A stretch of DNA of 32,000 nt from Deinococcus radiodurans R1 = ATCC 13939 = DSM 20539 (GTDB lineage: Bacteria > Deinococcota > Deinococci > Deinococcales > Deinococcaceae), in assembly GCF_000008565.1 (NCBI RefSeq), contig NC_001263.1:885776-917775 (forward strand), written 5' to 3'. Shown here piece by piece: positions 15,999-24,989 of the stretch. The notes under the pieces are model-generated. The model worked only from the letters and a program-made list of their open reading frames with translations, did not search any database and had not been told where the DNA came from. Every line of letters begins with the position of its first letter. Position 1 is the first letter of the stretch. A program made the translations under genes and the position numbers.

Positions 15999-17504
15999 TC
16001 AGCTCAGCGGGGCGCCGCCATCTACGCTGTCGAGCAGCAGCCCCAGCACCCCGGCGGCGCGGGCCTCGTCGAGCGCGGCGTGGGTGACGAGTTCGCCGGG
16101 TTGCAAAATCACCCGGTCGGTGCGCGTCAGCACGGCGCGGGTCACTGGGCGTCCGAGTGCGTCACGGATGCGGGCTTGGTACGCTTCCTGTTCCTGGCGG
16201 TCAAGCGAGTCTTCCAGGTCTTCGCGGCGTTCGCCAAGCCAGGATTTGGCGCGGCCCAGCAGTTCGTTCGCCCCCTGCGATACGTTCTGCGACACATTGC
16301 TCAGCCCGTCGGCGAGGTTGTCGCGCAGGTCGCTGGCTTGTTCGCGCAGTTCTGCTCGGTCGGGCACCGGCGGCGTCTGAAGGCCCGGGGCCTGGGTCGC
16401 CGCGACGAGCCGCTCCTCCAGACCGAGTTCGCGGGCGCGCTCGGCCACTTCCGGGGTCACGATCTGGCCCTGCACGGCGATCAGGCTGCCCACCGACGAG
16501 CGCACGTCTTCCTGCACGCGGCGGCCCACCACGTCACCGGCGTCGCTGCTGGGGTCGGCGAGCAGGTCGCGCACGCCCTCACGCACACTGCCCCCGGCGG
16601 CAGCGGCGAGCAGCGCGGGCAGGGCGCCATTCTGCTCGGCGAAGCGGGCCTGCCCCTCGTCGATGGTGGTGCCCTTCGCCACAATCAGCACGCCGTTGTC
16701 GGTGCGCACGTCCTGCCCGGCGACCTTGCCCACCACGAAGTCTTTCTGGCGTTCGGCGCTCGCCTCGCGGAGGTCCTCGGCCCCGCCCTGCACGCGGCTG
16801 CGCAGGTCGCTCGCCGCCGCCCGCGCCTGCTGCTGGCCCTCGCGGGCGGCTTCGGCGACGTTGGCCGAAACCTGCTCATAGTTTTCGCGCACGCTGCGGC
16901 TGGTGTCTTCGTACGCGCCGCGCACGCTGTCGGCGGCACCCTGCACTGCGCCTCCCAGGCTCTTGCCTGCCGTGTGAAACGCCCCGCGAATGCCCCCCGG
17001 CGCCTGCTCGCGCATGGCGGCGGCCACGCCAGCGGGCACGATGGCGCTGTCCTTGCCGATTTGGATGCTTTGCGGCGCGGGAATAAAGGTGCGTCCGTTG
17101 GTCATGTCGGCAAACAGCCCGCCCGACGCTTCGTAGCCCTCCACCTGCCCGCTGCGCTCGTCGAAATACACGTCGGTGATCTTGCCGAGCGTCTGACCGT
17201 CGGTGGTCAGCAGCGTCATGCCGATCAGGTTGGTCTTGCCCGCGAGCGCCTCTTTCAGCACTGGGTCACGCCCCGTGTTCACCACATCCTCGGGCGTGGC
17301 AATCATCACGGCCTTTTCCCCGATCGACTGCACGCGCCCGAACGGCACAGCCTTGGCAGCCCTGAGCCAGCCGCCCTCTTCGACGAGCAGCGCCAGCACC
17401 CGGTTGCCCTGGTGGTCGAACACCACGTCGTGCACGTTGTCCACCTGCGCCCCGTTGCTCACGGCGACGACGGGGCGCCCCAGCAGTTCTTTGCCCTTGA
17501 TCAT
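15999..17504 (-). CDS. PRC-barrel domain protein with a repeat-containing C-terminal half (501 aa)
   Basis: Two N-terminal PRC-barrel-like modules (LLGRPVVAVSNGAQVDNVHDVVFD...; IGMTLLTTDGQTLGKITDVYFDERSGQVEGY...), a central A/G/R/E-rich segment, then three repeats of about 45 aa. TAGCCT lies 6 nt upstream of the ATG. Confidence 0.75.
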   Translation of the reverse strand: MIKGKELLGRPVVAVSNGAQVDNVHDVVFDHQGNRVLALLVEEGGWLRAAKAVPFGRVQSIGEKAVMIATPEDVVNTGRDPVLKEALAGKTNLIGMTLLTTDGQTLGKITDVYFDERSGQVEGYEASGGLFADMTNGRTFIPAPQSIQIGKDSAIVPAGVAAAMREQAPGGIRGAFHTAGKSLGGAVQGAADSVRGAYEDTSRSVRENYEQVSANVAEAAREGQQQARAAASDLRSRVQGGAEDLREASAERQKDFVVGKVAGQDVRTDNGVLIVAKGTTIDEGQARFAEQNGALPALLAAAAGGSVREGVRDLLADPSSDAGDVVGRRVQEDVRSSVGSLIAVQGQIVTPEVAERARELGLEERLVAATQAPGLQTPPVPDRAELREQASDLRDNLADGLSNVSQNVSQGANELLGRAKSWLGERREDLEDSLDRQEQEAYQARIRDALGRPVTRAVLTRTDRVILQPGELVTHAALDEARAAGVLGLLLDSVDGGAPLS

Positions 17505-17607
17505 GCCCGGAGGCTAGGGCGCCCCGCATGTCGCCTGGGCAGCGGAACGGTTAAGGCGGCTAGAGACTGAGGGGGACCGCGCCTGATGACCGACTACACT
17601 GTCCCCC

Positions 17608-17994
17608 GTGTTACGCGCCGCCTTCTGGATGACCGCCCTGCTGCTGGTGCCGCTGGGGCTGCTGCTGTATTTCCTGCCCGGCAGCGCAGCGCAGCTCATC
17701 GGCATCTCGCCGCTGTGGCTCGCCCGCGCCTCGGGGGGCCTCCTGCTCGCCTGGGGCCTGTTTCAACTTTTTGCCGGTGCCCAGCCCGACGGCGCCAAGG
17801 TGGGTGGTCTGGTGACCGGCAACCTGCTGACCGTCGCCACGCTGCTGCCCGCCCTGCTGAAGCTCCAGACTTCCTTGCCGCCGTCGCTGCGGCTGGTGCT
17901 GTGGGTGGTGGTCGGCTGGCTGGGCCTCGCCGCGCTGCTCGCGCTGTTCGCCGCGCCGCTGGGTGGCCGGGGAGGTGAGGCCGGTGTCCGCTGA
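17608..17994 (+). CDS. Small integral membrane protein (128 aa, about 4 TM)
   Basis: Hydrophobic ORF with a GTG start and TACACT 7 nt upstream. No domain recognised. Confidence 0.55.
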   Translation: MLRAAFWMTALLLVPLGLLLYFLPGSAAQLIGISPLWLARASGGLLLAWGLFQLFAGAQPDGAKVGGLVTGNLLTVATLLPALLKLQTSLPPSLRLVLWVVVGWLGLAALLALFAAPLGGRGGEAGVR

Positions 17995-18757
17995 GCGCTT
18001 GCACAAACGCCTTGCCCGCGCCGGAATCGCCTCGCGCCGCGCCGCCGAGGAGCTGATTCGCGCCGGACGGGTCACAGTGAATGGTCAAACGGCGGGCCTC
18101 GGCCAGGGCGTGAATGACACCGACGACGTGCGGGTGGACGGGCGGCTGGTCGAGCTCACGCGCCCCGAAACCGTCACCTACGCGCTCTACAAGCCGGTGG
18201 GTTTCGTCACCACCGCCCATGATGAATATGGCCGCCGCAACGTCCTCGACGCCATGCCCGACGTGCCGGGCCTGCATCCGGTGGGCCGGCTCGACAAGGA
18301 CTCGGAGGGGCTGCTGCTGCTCACCAACGACGGCGACCTGACCCTCACCCTGACCCACCCCCGCTACGGCCACGAAAAGGCCTACCGCGCCTGGACCGAA
18401 GGCCGCGAGCCACCCACCCAGGCCGAACTGGACGTGCTGGTGCGCGGCATCGCCATGGACGACGGCCCCGCGCAGGCCCTGAGTGCCGCTCCCGCCGAGG
18501 ACGGCGCCTACGTGGTGCTGGGCGAGGGCCGCAACCGTCAGGTGCGCCGCATGCTCGAAGCCCTGGGGCACCCGGTGGGCCGTCTGGTGCGCTACCGGGT
18601 GGGCGGGCTGTGGCTGGGCGACCTGAATCCCGGCGAATACCGCGAACTCGGCCCGCGTGACCTGGAGCAGCTCCTGCACCCGCACAAGACCCCCCGCGCC
18701 GTCTGGGACGGGGCCTGGGAACAAACCCAGGACCGCTGGGGCACGCAGTACGGCTAA
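17963..18757 (+). CDS. Pseudouridine synthase, RsuA/RluB family (S4 domain plus catalytic domain)
   Basis: S4 motif ERLHKRLARAGIASRRAAEELIRAGRVTVNG. Catalytic motif GRLDKDSEGLLLLTNDG. Also EGRNRQVRRM. The start is GTG 17963 or GTG 17984, and either overlaps the upstream ORF. Confidence 0.85.
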   Translation: MAGEVRPVSAERLHKRLARAGIASRRAAEELIRAGRVTVNGQTAGLGQGVNDTDDVRVDGRLVELTRPETVTYALYKPVGFVTTAHDEYGRRNVLDAMPDVPGLHPVGRLDKDSEGLLLLTNDGDLTLTLTHPRYGHEKAYRAWTEGREPPTQAELDVLVRGIAMDDGPAQALSAAPAEDGAYVVLGEGRNRQVRRMLEALGHPVGRLVRYRVGGLWLGDLNPGEYRELGPRDLEQLLHPHKTPRAVWDGAWEQTQDRWGTQYG

Positions 18758-18793
18758 GCGGGCGCCTCACAGCGCCTTCTGCTATCCTGCCGG

Positions 18794-19240
<447 letters not shown>

Positions 19241-19245
19241 CATAG

Positions 19246-19280
19246 ACCGTCCCCGCTTTCGCAGGTGGGGGCGGTTTTTT
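19246..19280 (+). terminator. Rho-independent terminator after rnpB
   Basis: 11-bp stem ACCGTCCCCGC / GTGGGGGCGGT (with G-U pairs), loop TTTCGCAG, then TTTTTT. Confidence 0.8.
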
Positions 19281-19288
19281 GCTGCTGG

Positions 19289-19798
19289 CTAGCTCAGTTC
19301 GTCGGCGTACAGCTCTGCGTAGTGCTGGCCGAGTTCTTCCAGAAAACGCATCTCTTCCTTGGTGGTCGCCGCGCTGTAGCGGGCCTCGTAGCTCAGCAGC
19401 AGGGCGCCGTAAGCGAGCGAGACACTGCCGCCGAGCGCGACCAGCAGCGGCAGGCTCCCGGTGTTCACGTCGAACAGTCCGTCCAGACCGAGCAAAATGC
19501 TCGTCAGCACCAGCAGCGCGACCGAGGTGTAGAAGGCCTGAAGTGCCCGCATCAGAAAGCGGGTGCGGCGCGAGAGCCGGGGCAACTGGCGAATGATCAG
19601 GCGCTTTTCCTCGCGGGCGAGCGGTTCGTTTTGCCCTTCTGCCGACACCAGCTGCTTGAAGCGCGAGGTCAGCCCGCGCACCCGGTCGGTGGCGCGGCCC
19701 ACGCGGGTGCTGGTGCTCATGATCAGGGTGCCCGCGCCGCTGATCAGGACGGCGGGGGTAATCATGGCGGCGAGCAGGGCGGTGACCGGCTGAGGCAT
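19289..19798 (-). CDS. DUF2721-like membrane protein
   Basis: From the internal ATG: MPQPVTALLAAMITPAVLISGAGTLIMSTSTRVGRATDRVRGL..., which matches my recollection of DUF2721. TACGCT lies 7 nt upstream. Confidence 0.65.
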   Translation of the reverse strand: MPQPVTALLAAMITPAVLISGAGTLIMSTSTRVGRATDRVRGLTSRFKQLVSAEGQNEPLAREEKRLIIRQLPRLSRRTRFLMRALQAFYTSVALLVLTSILLGLDGLFDVNTGSLPLLVALGGSVSLAYGALLLSYEARYSAATTKEEMRFLEELGQHYAELYADELS

Positions 19799-19896
19799 CC
19801 TCTTCAGCGTAACGGCTCCGCTGAGTAGAACGGGCGGGAAGCGGCGCGGCGGCCAGGATCGCCTAGGCACCCGCAAAGGCGATAGTGTGATGGCCC

Positions 19897-21081
19897 ATGG
19901 GAAACGCCCTTCGCACCGTGCCGCAACTGCTCGCTTTCTTGTGGAGTCGGTCCTACGTGCGACTGATCGTGTACGCGATCGCTGCGCTGCTGCTCATCGG
20001 GCTGGCGCGGCAGGCAGCGGGAGGCCTCGCGCTGATCGCCATTGCCTACGCGCTGTCGTACACCTTCAACCCGCTGCTGCTCTGGCTGGAAAAACACCGC
20101 ATCACGCGGCCTTTCGGGGTGGCGCTGACGCTGATCGTGGTCCTCGGCGTGATCGGCGTGCTGTTCTGGTCGGTGGCGTCGCAGGTCGTGAGCTTCCTTC
20201 AGGGTCTGCCGGCGCTGCTCAACAGCCTGCCGCAACTGCTCGAACACCTCATCGGCAAGGGACCGGGCCACAACAACGCCGGCATCTCGCAGACCCAGGC
20301 GCAGCTTACCCAGTACGTGCGCGAGCAGGTGGACAACCTCACCCGCAACTTCGGGCCGCTGCTCGCGCGGGTGCTCTCGCCCGATTCGGCGCTCTATGGG
20401 CAGGTCAGCGGCGTCATGAACTGGCTGGGGCAGGCGGGGCTGGTACTCACGCTCGCCGTCTTTTTCATGCTCGACCACAGCAAGTTTGGGCGCACGCTGC
20501 TGCGGGTCTTTCCCAAGGAGTGGCAGCCGCGCCTGCTGCTGCTCTCGGAAGACGTGAGCAAGTCGTTCGGGAACTACATCCGGGCGCAGCTCATCTTGCT
20601 GCTCGTCATCAGCGGCATTTCGGGGGTCGGCCTGTTGCTGCTCGGCGTGCCCAACGCGCTGGCGCTGGGGCTGCTGACCGGGCTGCTCAACCTCGTGCCG
20701 CTGGTGGGCATGGTGCTGGCGGCGATTCCGGCGCTGCTGCAAGCGCTGCCGCTGGGCACGACCAAAGTCCTGATCGTGGCGGGGCTGTATTTCGTTCTCA
20801 ATCAGGTGGCCTGGAACGTCATCGCGCCGATGGTCATGGGCCGCACCGTCAACCTCAGCGCGGCGAGCATCCTGATCGCCATCCTGATCGGCGGGGGGCT
20901 GGCCGGTCTGCCGGGCGCCCTGCTCGCTATTCCCACCGCGTCCCTGCTCGTGCTGTGGCTGCGGCGCTACTGGTTCCCCAGCCCCGCCTACCAGGGCGAC
21001 GGCGAACTGGCGGTCCCGATGGACCCGGTGCGCCTGCCCGCCGACGTGGAGCCGCCCCAGGGGAAGAGTCAGCCGGAGTGA
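19897..21081 (+). CDS. AI-2E family transporter (PerM/UPF0118)
   Basis: Polytopic protein with the family block FGNYIRAQLILLLVISGISGVGLLLLGVPNALALGLLTGLLNLVPLVGMVLAAIPA. TAGTGT lies 8 nt upstream of the ATG. Confidence 0.85.
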   Translation: MGNALRTVPQLLAFLWSRSYVRLIVYAIAALLLIGLARQAAGGLALIAIAYALSYTFNPLLLWLEKHRITRPFGVALTLIVVLGVIGVLFWSVASQVVSFLQGLPALLNSLPQLLEHLIGKGPGHNNAGISQTQAQLTQYVREQVDNLTRNFGPLLARVLSPDSALYGQVSGVMNWLGQAGLVLTLAVFFMLDHSKFGRTLLRVFPKEWQPRLLLLSEDVSKSFGNYIRAQLILLLVISGISGVGLLLLGVPNALALGLLTGLLNLVPLVGMVLAAIPALLQALPLGTTKVLIVAGLYFVLNQVAWNVIAPMVMGRTVNLSAASILIAILIGGGLAGLPGALLAIPTASLLVLWLRRYWFPSPAYQGDGELAVPMDPVRLPADVEPPQGKSQPE

Positions 21082-21098
21082 GCCCCGCGTGGCCTGCT

Positions 21099-21250
21099 AC
21101 GGCTTCCGATTGAATCCAGTTGTTTTGGATTCAATCCGACTTGTAAAGCTGCGCAGCAGCGCGGATGCGAGTAGAAAAAAATACGGATTTCGCGGTATGG
21201 AAGCGCAGGCGGTGCTTTTCCGACTGTGCTGGAATGGAGCGCAGTCCGTA
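21099..21250. mobile_element. MITE-like small noncoding repeat (Deinococcus SNR-type), about 150 bp, non-autonomous
   Basis: Imperfect terminal inverted repeats TACGGCTTCCGATTGAATCCAG ... CTGGAATGGAGCGCAGTCCGTA. Internal 11-bp hairpin GATTGAATCCA/TGGATTCAATC. Recurring TCCGA(T/C)T / TACGGATT motifs. GC content is lower than the flanks. The last 32 nt are duplicated exactly at 3060-3091. Confidence 0.6.
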
Positions 21251-21257
21251 TAAGCAG

Positions 21258-21287
21258 TTGACAGCCCCCGCCCGCGCTCCCTACAGT
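21258..21287 (+). promoter_or_regulatory. rnhA promoter (TTGACA-18 nt-TACAGT), leaderless-type
   Basis: A perfect -35 lies 8 bp beyond the repeat end. The -10 ends 8 nt before the ATG at 21296. Confidence 0.5.
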
Positions 21288-21295
21288 TCGCGCCT

Positions 21296-21835
21296 ATGAC
21301 TCGCCCAGGCCGCCCCTCTGCCCGCAAAAAGCCCGACACCTCGCGTGACCTGCTGCCGATTCGCGCCGGCATTCAGCCCGAGGTGCCGGTCGGCGGGCAG
21401 GTGGTCGAGCTCTACAGCGATGGTGCCTGCGACACCACCAAGGGGCACGGCGGCTGGGCCACCATCCTGCGCTACGGCGAGCGCGAACTGGTGCTCAGCG
21501 GCAACGAGGAAAACACCACCAACAACCGCATGGAGCTGCGCGGCCTGCTCGAAGGACTACGCACGCTGCGGCGCCCCTGTCAGGTCAAGGTGATTACCGA
21601 CAGCCAGTACCTCCGCAAGGCCTTCACCGACGGCTGGATTCTTAACTGGCAGCGCAATGGCTGGAAAACGGCGAGCAAGGAGCCGGTCAAGAATCAGGAC
21701 CTCTGGGAAGAACTCATCGAACTTGCCAAGGTCCATGCCTTGACCTTCCTGTGGGTCAAAGGCCACGCCGGGCACGGCGAAAACGAGCGGGTGGACGAAC
21801 TCGCGGTGCTGGAGCGTAAGAAGTTACGGAAGTAA
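21296..21835 (+). CDS. rnhA: Ribonuclease HI
   Basis: YSDGAC...NNRMEL...VITDSQYL...WKTASKEPVKNQDLW...WVKGHAGHGENERVDELA. Carries a 35-aa basic N-terminal extension. An alternative in-frame GTG at 21401 would remove it. Confidence 0.9.
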   Translation: MTRPGRPSARKKPDTSRDLLPIRAGIQPEVPVGGQVVELYSDGACDTTKGHGGWATILRYGERELVLSGNEENTTNNRMELRGLLEGLRTLRRPCQVKVITDSQYLRKAFTDGWILNWQRNGWKTASKEPVKNQDLWEELIELAKVHALTFLWVKGHAGHGENERVDELAVLERKKLRK

Positions 21836-21855
21836 GCGAGCTTCTTACTGGATTA

Positions 21856-22293
21856 CTACACCCACTCCGGTTCAGTCGCCGGCTGAGGCGTCGTGTAGAT
21901 CGCCGGGTCCGCCGGATTGGTCGCCGCGATGAGTGCCGCCACTTCGCCCGCGTCCGGTTCAGCGAGCACCCGCTGAAAGTCGCCGCTGCCGAGAATCGTC
22001 TCGGTGGGGCGAATGCCGGCGCTGTCTGCCCAGCGCACCAGCTCGGCGAGGGCCGCGGCTCCGGCAGCGCCGTAGCGGGGGCCAAAGGCCGGGGCCGAGA
22101 GAATGGCTTCCTCGGCAGCTCCCCGGCCCAGCGTAACCAGCGCGGCGTAGCCCGCCCAGGGGCGCTCGCCCTGCCGGTCGGTGATCAGGATCAGGCGGGC
22201 GCCGGTCAGGTCGGCGTCGTTCAGCCGCGCCTGCATGGCCTGCCAGGTTTCCAGCGGCGCGGCGGGCACCCCCAGCGGATCAGCGATGTTCAT
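21856..22293 (-). CDS. Hypothetical protein (about 145 aa)
   Basis: The ORF is Ala-rich with GC-rich third positions. I chose the second ATG (MNIADPLG...) because TATGCT lies 7 nt upstream. No domain recognised. Confidence 0.5.
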   Translation of the reverse strand: MNIADPLGVPAAPLETWQAMQARLNDADLTGARLILITDRQGERPWAGYAALVTLGRGAAEEAILSAPAFGPRYGAAGAAALAELVRWADSAGIRPTETILGSGDFQRVLAEPDAGEVAALIAATNPADPAIYTTPQPATEPEWV

Positions 22294-22442
22294 GGCCCTC
22301 AGCATAGCCTGTCGCCTTACGTCTCAGGCGTGAAGGGTCGTCTCCCTCAAAGGCCACCGGGCGCGGCGTGTCTGTCCCCTTCCGGGCGCTACGATGCAGG
22401 GATGAAGTCGCCGTTTTCTTTCTCGCCGCGCCGGGGCCACTC

Positions 22443-22754
22443 ATGAAGCCCGAACAGGTGCAGGCGCAGATGTCCAGGGTGCTGAGCAGTGCCATCGCCG
22501 AGCTGCGCGACCCCCGGGTGCCCCTCATCGTGACCGTCGAGCGCGTGCACGTCACCCCCGACTATGGGCAGGCGCGGGTGTACGTGAGTGCCATCGGAGC
22601 CGACATGCCGGAGTTGCTCGACGCCCTGACCCACGCCCGGGGCCGCTTGCAGCGTGAACTGTCCGCGCACGTACGAATGCGCCGCACCCCCACCCTGGAA
22701 TTTCATGCCGCCGACGACCAGCGCTTTCCCGCCGCGCCGGGGTCCACATGGTGA
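22443..22754 (+). CDS. rbfA: Ribosome-binding factor A
   Basis: From the internal ATG: [49 protein letters not shown]...[10 protein letters not shown], collinear with RbfA. Confidence 0.85.
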
Positions 22755-23176
22755 GCGGCGGGGGACAGGAACACCACACCGAGCTGCGGGTCCGCTACGC
22801 CGAGACCGACGCGATGGCGGTGGCCCACCACGCGACCTACCCGGTGTGGTTCGAGGTGGCCCGCACCGAGCTGATGCACGCGCTCGGGCTGCCCTACACC
22901 GAGATGGAAACGCGCGGCTATTACCTGATGCTCAGCGGCCTGCACGTCCAGTACCGCCGCGCCGCCCGCTATGACGACCGCCTGGACATCACCACCCGCA
23001 TCACCGAGATTCGCAGCCGCACCCTCAAGTTCGCTTACGAGGTGCACCGCATAGGCGCCGACGGCACCCGCGAACTGCTGGCAACGGGGGAGACCCACCA
23101 TATCGCCACCGATCACCAGTACCGCCCTTCCCGGATGCCCGACGACGTGCTGGCGCTTCTTGCTGGGGAAGGCTGA
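22748..23176 (+). CDS. Acyl-CoA thioesterase, YbgC/4HBT hotdog family
   Basis: [31 protein letters not shown]... (catalytic Asp context). 7-nt overlap with rbfA. Confidence 0.85.
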
Positions 23177-23310
23177 AGCATTTGAGAAAGACCCCTCACC
23201 CCTGCCTTTGGCAGGCCCTCTGCTTCGCAGCTCTCCGAGTCTCCCCTTGGTAGAGGGTCAAAAAGAGCAAGGCCATTCTTTTTTCAAACGCTTTAGGTTC
23301 ATTCACGCCA

Positions 23311-23342
23311 AGAAAAAGCCCCCTCCCTGACCTGGGAAGGGG
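23311..23342 (-). terminator. Terminator downstream of the 23358-24989 gene
   Basis: CCCCCTCCC / GGGAAGGGG stem (1 mismatch), loop TGACCT. On the minus strand it is followed by CTTTTTCT. Confidence 0.6.
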
Positions 23343-23357
23343 TGTTTCTTTGTCGGC

Positions 23358-24989
23358 TCACAGCCCGCGCAGCAGCAGCCCAGTCCGCTCGGGGAGGTAC
23401 ATGCCGGCGCGGATAGGGGTCTGATCGGCGGCGTTCGTCAGCGTGACGCCCTGCGGCAGGTCAGTCAGCATGATGTGATAGCCGCGCGTGCTTAGCTTCA
23501 GGCCGCGCAGCGCCGGGGCTTCCAGGGTCTCGCCCAGGTCGAGGATGCCGGGCGTGAGCGACAGCAGGTGGTCGCCATAGGGGCCGGTGATTTCCAGTTG
23601 CGCTCCGTTGGCCCGCAGCATCAGCGGACGGCCCAGGCCAGTCAGCGAACCGAGCGAGGACCGGACGCCCGCCGCCGTGGGAATCACGCTCAGCAGCGTG
23701 CCGGGCACCACCAGGTCGCCGCTCGCGAGCAGATGCGTGTTCTGAGCCACGAGCAGGTCGTCGGGAATCTGGATAAGTTCCAGCCCACCCGTCACCTGCT
23801 CGGCCCGCAGCCCGCGCAGGTCGGCGGCGCGTGACACCTGCCCCAGGTCGAAGGCCCCGGCGAGCGGTGTGGGAATCCCGCGCACCTCGCCGTCGAGCCC
23901 GACGAGGGCCAGCGTGCGGTCGTCGCGGTAGTGCAGGCCTTCGACCCGGCTGGGCGCAGCGGGCGCCGCTGGGGTGGCTGCCACAGGCACTGGCACCGGA
24001 GCGATGACCGTGCGGGCGTTGCGAACCGTGGTGGGCGGGGGCCGGTTGCCCTTGACCGCCGCCGCCGCCATCGTCTTTGTGCCGGTTGCGCCCTGCATTC
24101 CGCGCCGCACGATCAAAGCGATCAGCCCCAGCAGCGCGAGCAGCAGCAGAATCCACCAGGGGAAGCGCTGGGTTTGCGTCTGCGTCTGAGCATTCTGAGC
24201 CTGCGAGTTTTGGGTCTGCGGAGCTTGAGTCGCCGTGTTCTGGTCGGTGGGAGCCTGAGTGTTCGTGGACTGTGCATTTGGGGTTTGGACATTCGGGGGC
24301 TGGGTCGCCGGATTCTGCGTGGTCGCTGTCGGGGGAGTGGTCGTTTGTCCATCCGTGCCAGCACTGGGTGTCGTCGTGCCTGCTGTCGTTCCGTTGGTGG
24401 TTGGAGCCGCTCCGCTGGCAGGACCGACCGGCAGCACCGTGTTCCCCGCGCCGCTACTCGCCAGCCCCGCCACCTGAAGCGGGGTGAGGTTGATGACCTG
24501 TCCGGTAGGGAGCAGCAGGCGGGGGGTCAGCAGCCCGCCAGGGAGCGTGTTCGCCAGGGCCGCGTCGCTCGCCGAGTCGGCGCTGCGCTGGACCCGCACG
24601 GCGAATTCGCTCGCCCCCGGCTGCCTTTCGAGCGCCGCAGTAAAGCCGGTCAGGCCCGCAGGCAGCAGCAGTTGCGCGCCGTCGAGCGGCAGCCCACCGG
24701 TCGCCCGGTAGCGCAGCACCGTTTCCTGGCCCTGGGAGAGGGAGGTGGCGCCGGGATTGAGCCACAGCAGCCCGGCAAGGTCGGACGCCCGCGTCGCCGG
24801 CTGGCCTGGCTGTGCCGTCGTCTGGGTGGTCGTGGTGCTGGTCGTTGTCGTGGTGGTGCCGGTTGCCGGCGGTGTCTGGGGCGTTCCCGGCGCTGAGGCT
24901 GGCACAGTGCTCACGGCGGCGTCGCTCGCCTTGGCCCCGTCCATCATTTGCAACTTGAGCAGCACGCGGCGGGTGCGCGGGCCGACCAC
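23358..24989 (-). CDS. Thr/Pro/Gln-rich single-pass membrane protein with a C-terminal tandem beta-rich (FHA-like) region. Probably the 3' portion of one gene together with 24944-26053.
   Basis: Low-complexity tracts (TGTTTTTTSTTTTQT; QNPATQPPNVQTPNAQSTNTQAPTDQNTATQAPQTQNSQAQNAQTQTQTQ). One TM helix, FPWWILLLLALLGLIALIV. About 230 aa of C-terminal region. The reading frame stays open and coding-like upstream of its first start codon, and there is no SD. Confidence 0.7.
   Translation of the reverse strand: MVGPRTRRVLLKLQMMDGAKASDAAVSTVPASAPGTPQTPPATGTTTTTTSTTTTQTTAQPGQPATRASDLAGLLWLNPGATSLSQGQETVLRYRATGGLPLDGAQLLLPAGLTGFTAALERQPGASEFAVRVQRSADSASDAALANTLPGGLLTPRLLLPTGQVINLTPLQVAGLASSGAGNTVLPVGPASGAAPTTNGTTAGTTTPSAGTDGQTTTPPTATTQNPATQPPNVQTPNAQSTNTQAPTDQNTATQAPQTQNSQAQNAQTQTQTQRFPWWILLLLALLGLIALIVRRGMQGATGTKTMAAAAVKGNRPPPTTVRNARTVIAPVPVPVAATPAAPAAPSRVEGLHYRDDRTLALVGLDGEVRGIPTPLAGAFDLGQVSRAADLRGLRAEQVTGGLELIQIPDDLLVAQNTHLLASGDLVVPGTLLSVIPTAAGVRSSLGSLTGLGRPLMLRANGAQLEITGPYGDHLLSLTPGILDLGETLEAPALRGLKLSTRGYHIMLTDLPQGVTLTNAADQTPIRAGMYLPERTGLLLRGL

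Noticed and set aside
15129-17570. 813-aa plus-strand ORF, the longest in the track apart from mrpA
   Set aside because: It runs antisense across two independently supported genes (the BI-1 family gene and the PRC-barrel gene) and across their intergenic terminator. The composition is Gly/Ala/Arg/His-rich with no domain signature.
17696-18724. 342-aa minus-strand ORF
   Set aside because: Antisense to the pseudouridine synthase (S4 motif plus GRLDKDSEGLLLLTNDG) and the small membrane protein. Low-complexity Ala/Gly/Arg/Pro translation.
19804-21113. 312-aa minus-strand and 408-aa plus-strand ORFs overlapping the AI-2E transporter gene
   Set aside because: They are in alternative frames of a conserved polytopic transporter. 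The products are Arg/Pro/Gln/Ala-rich and hydrophilic, whereas the accepted frame gives coherent TM helices.
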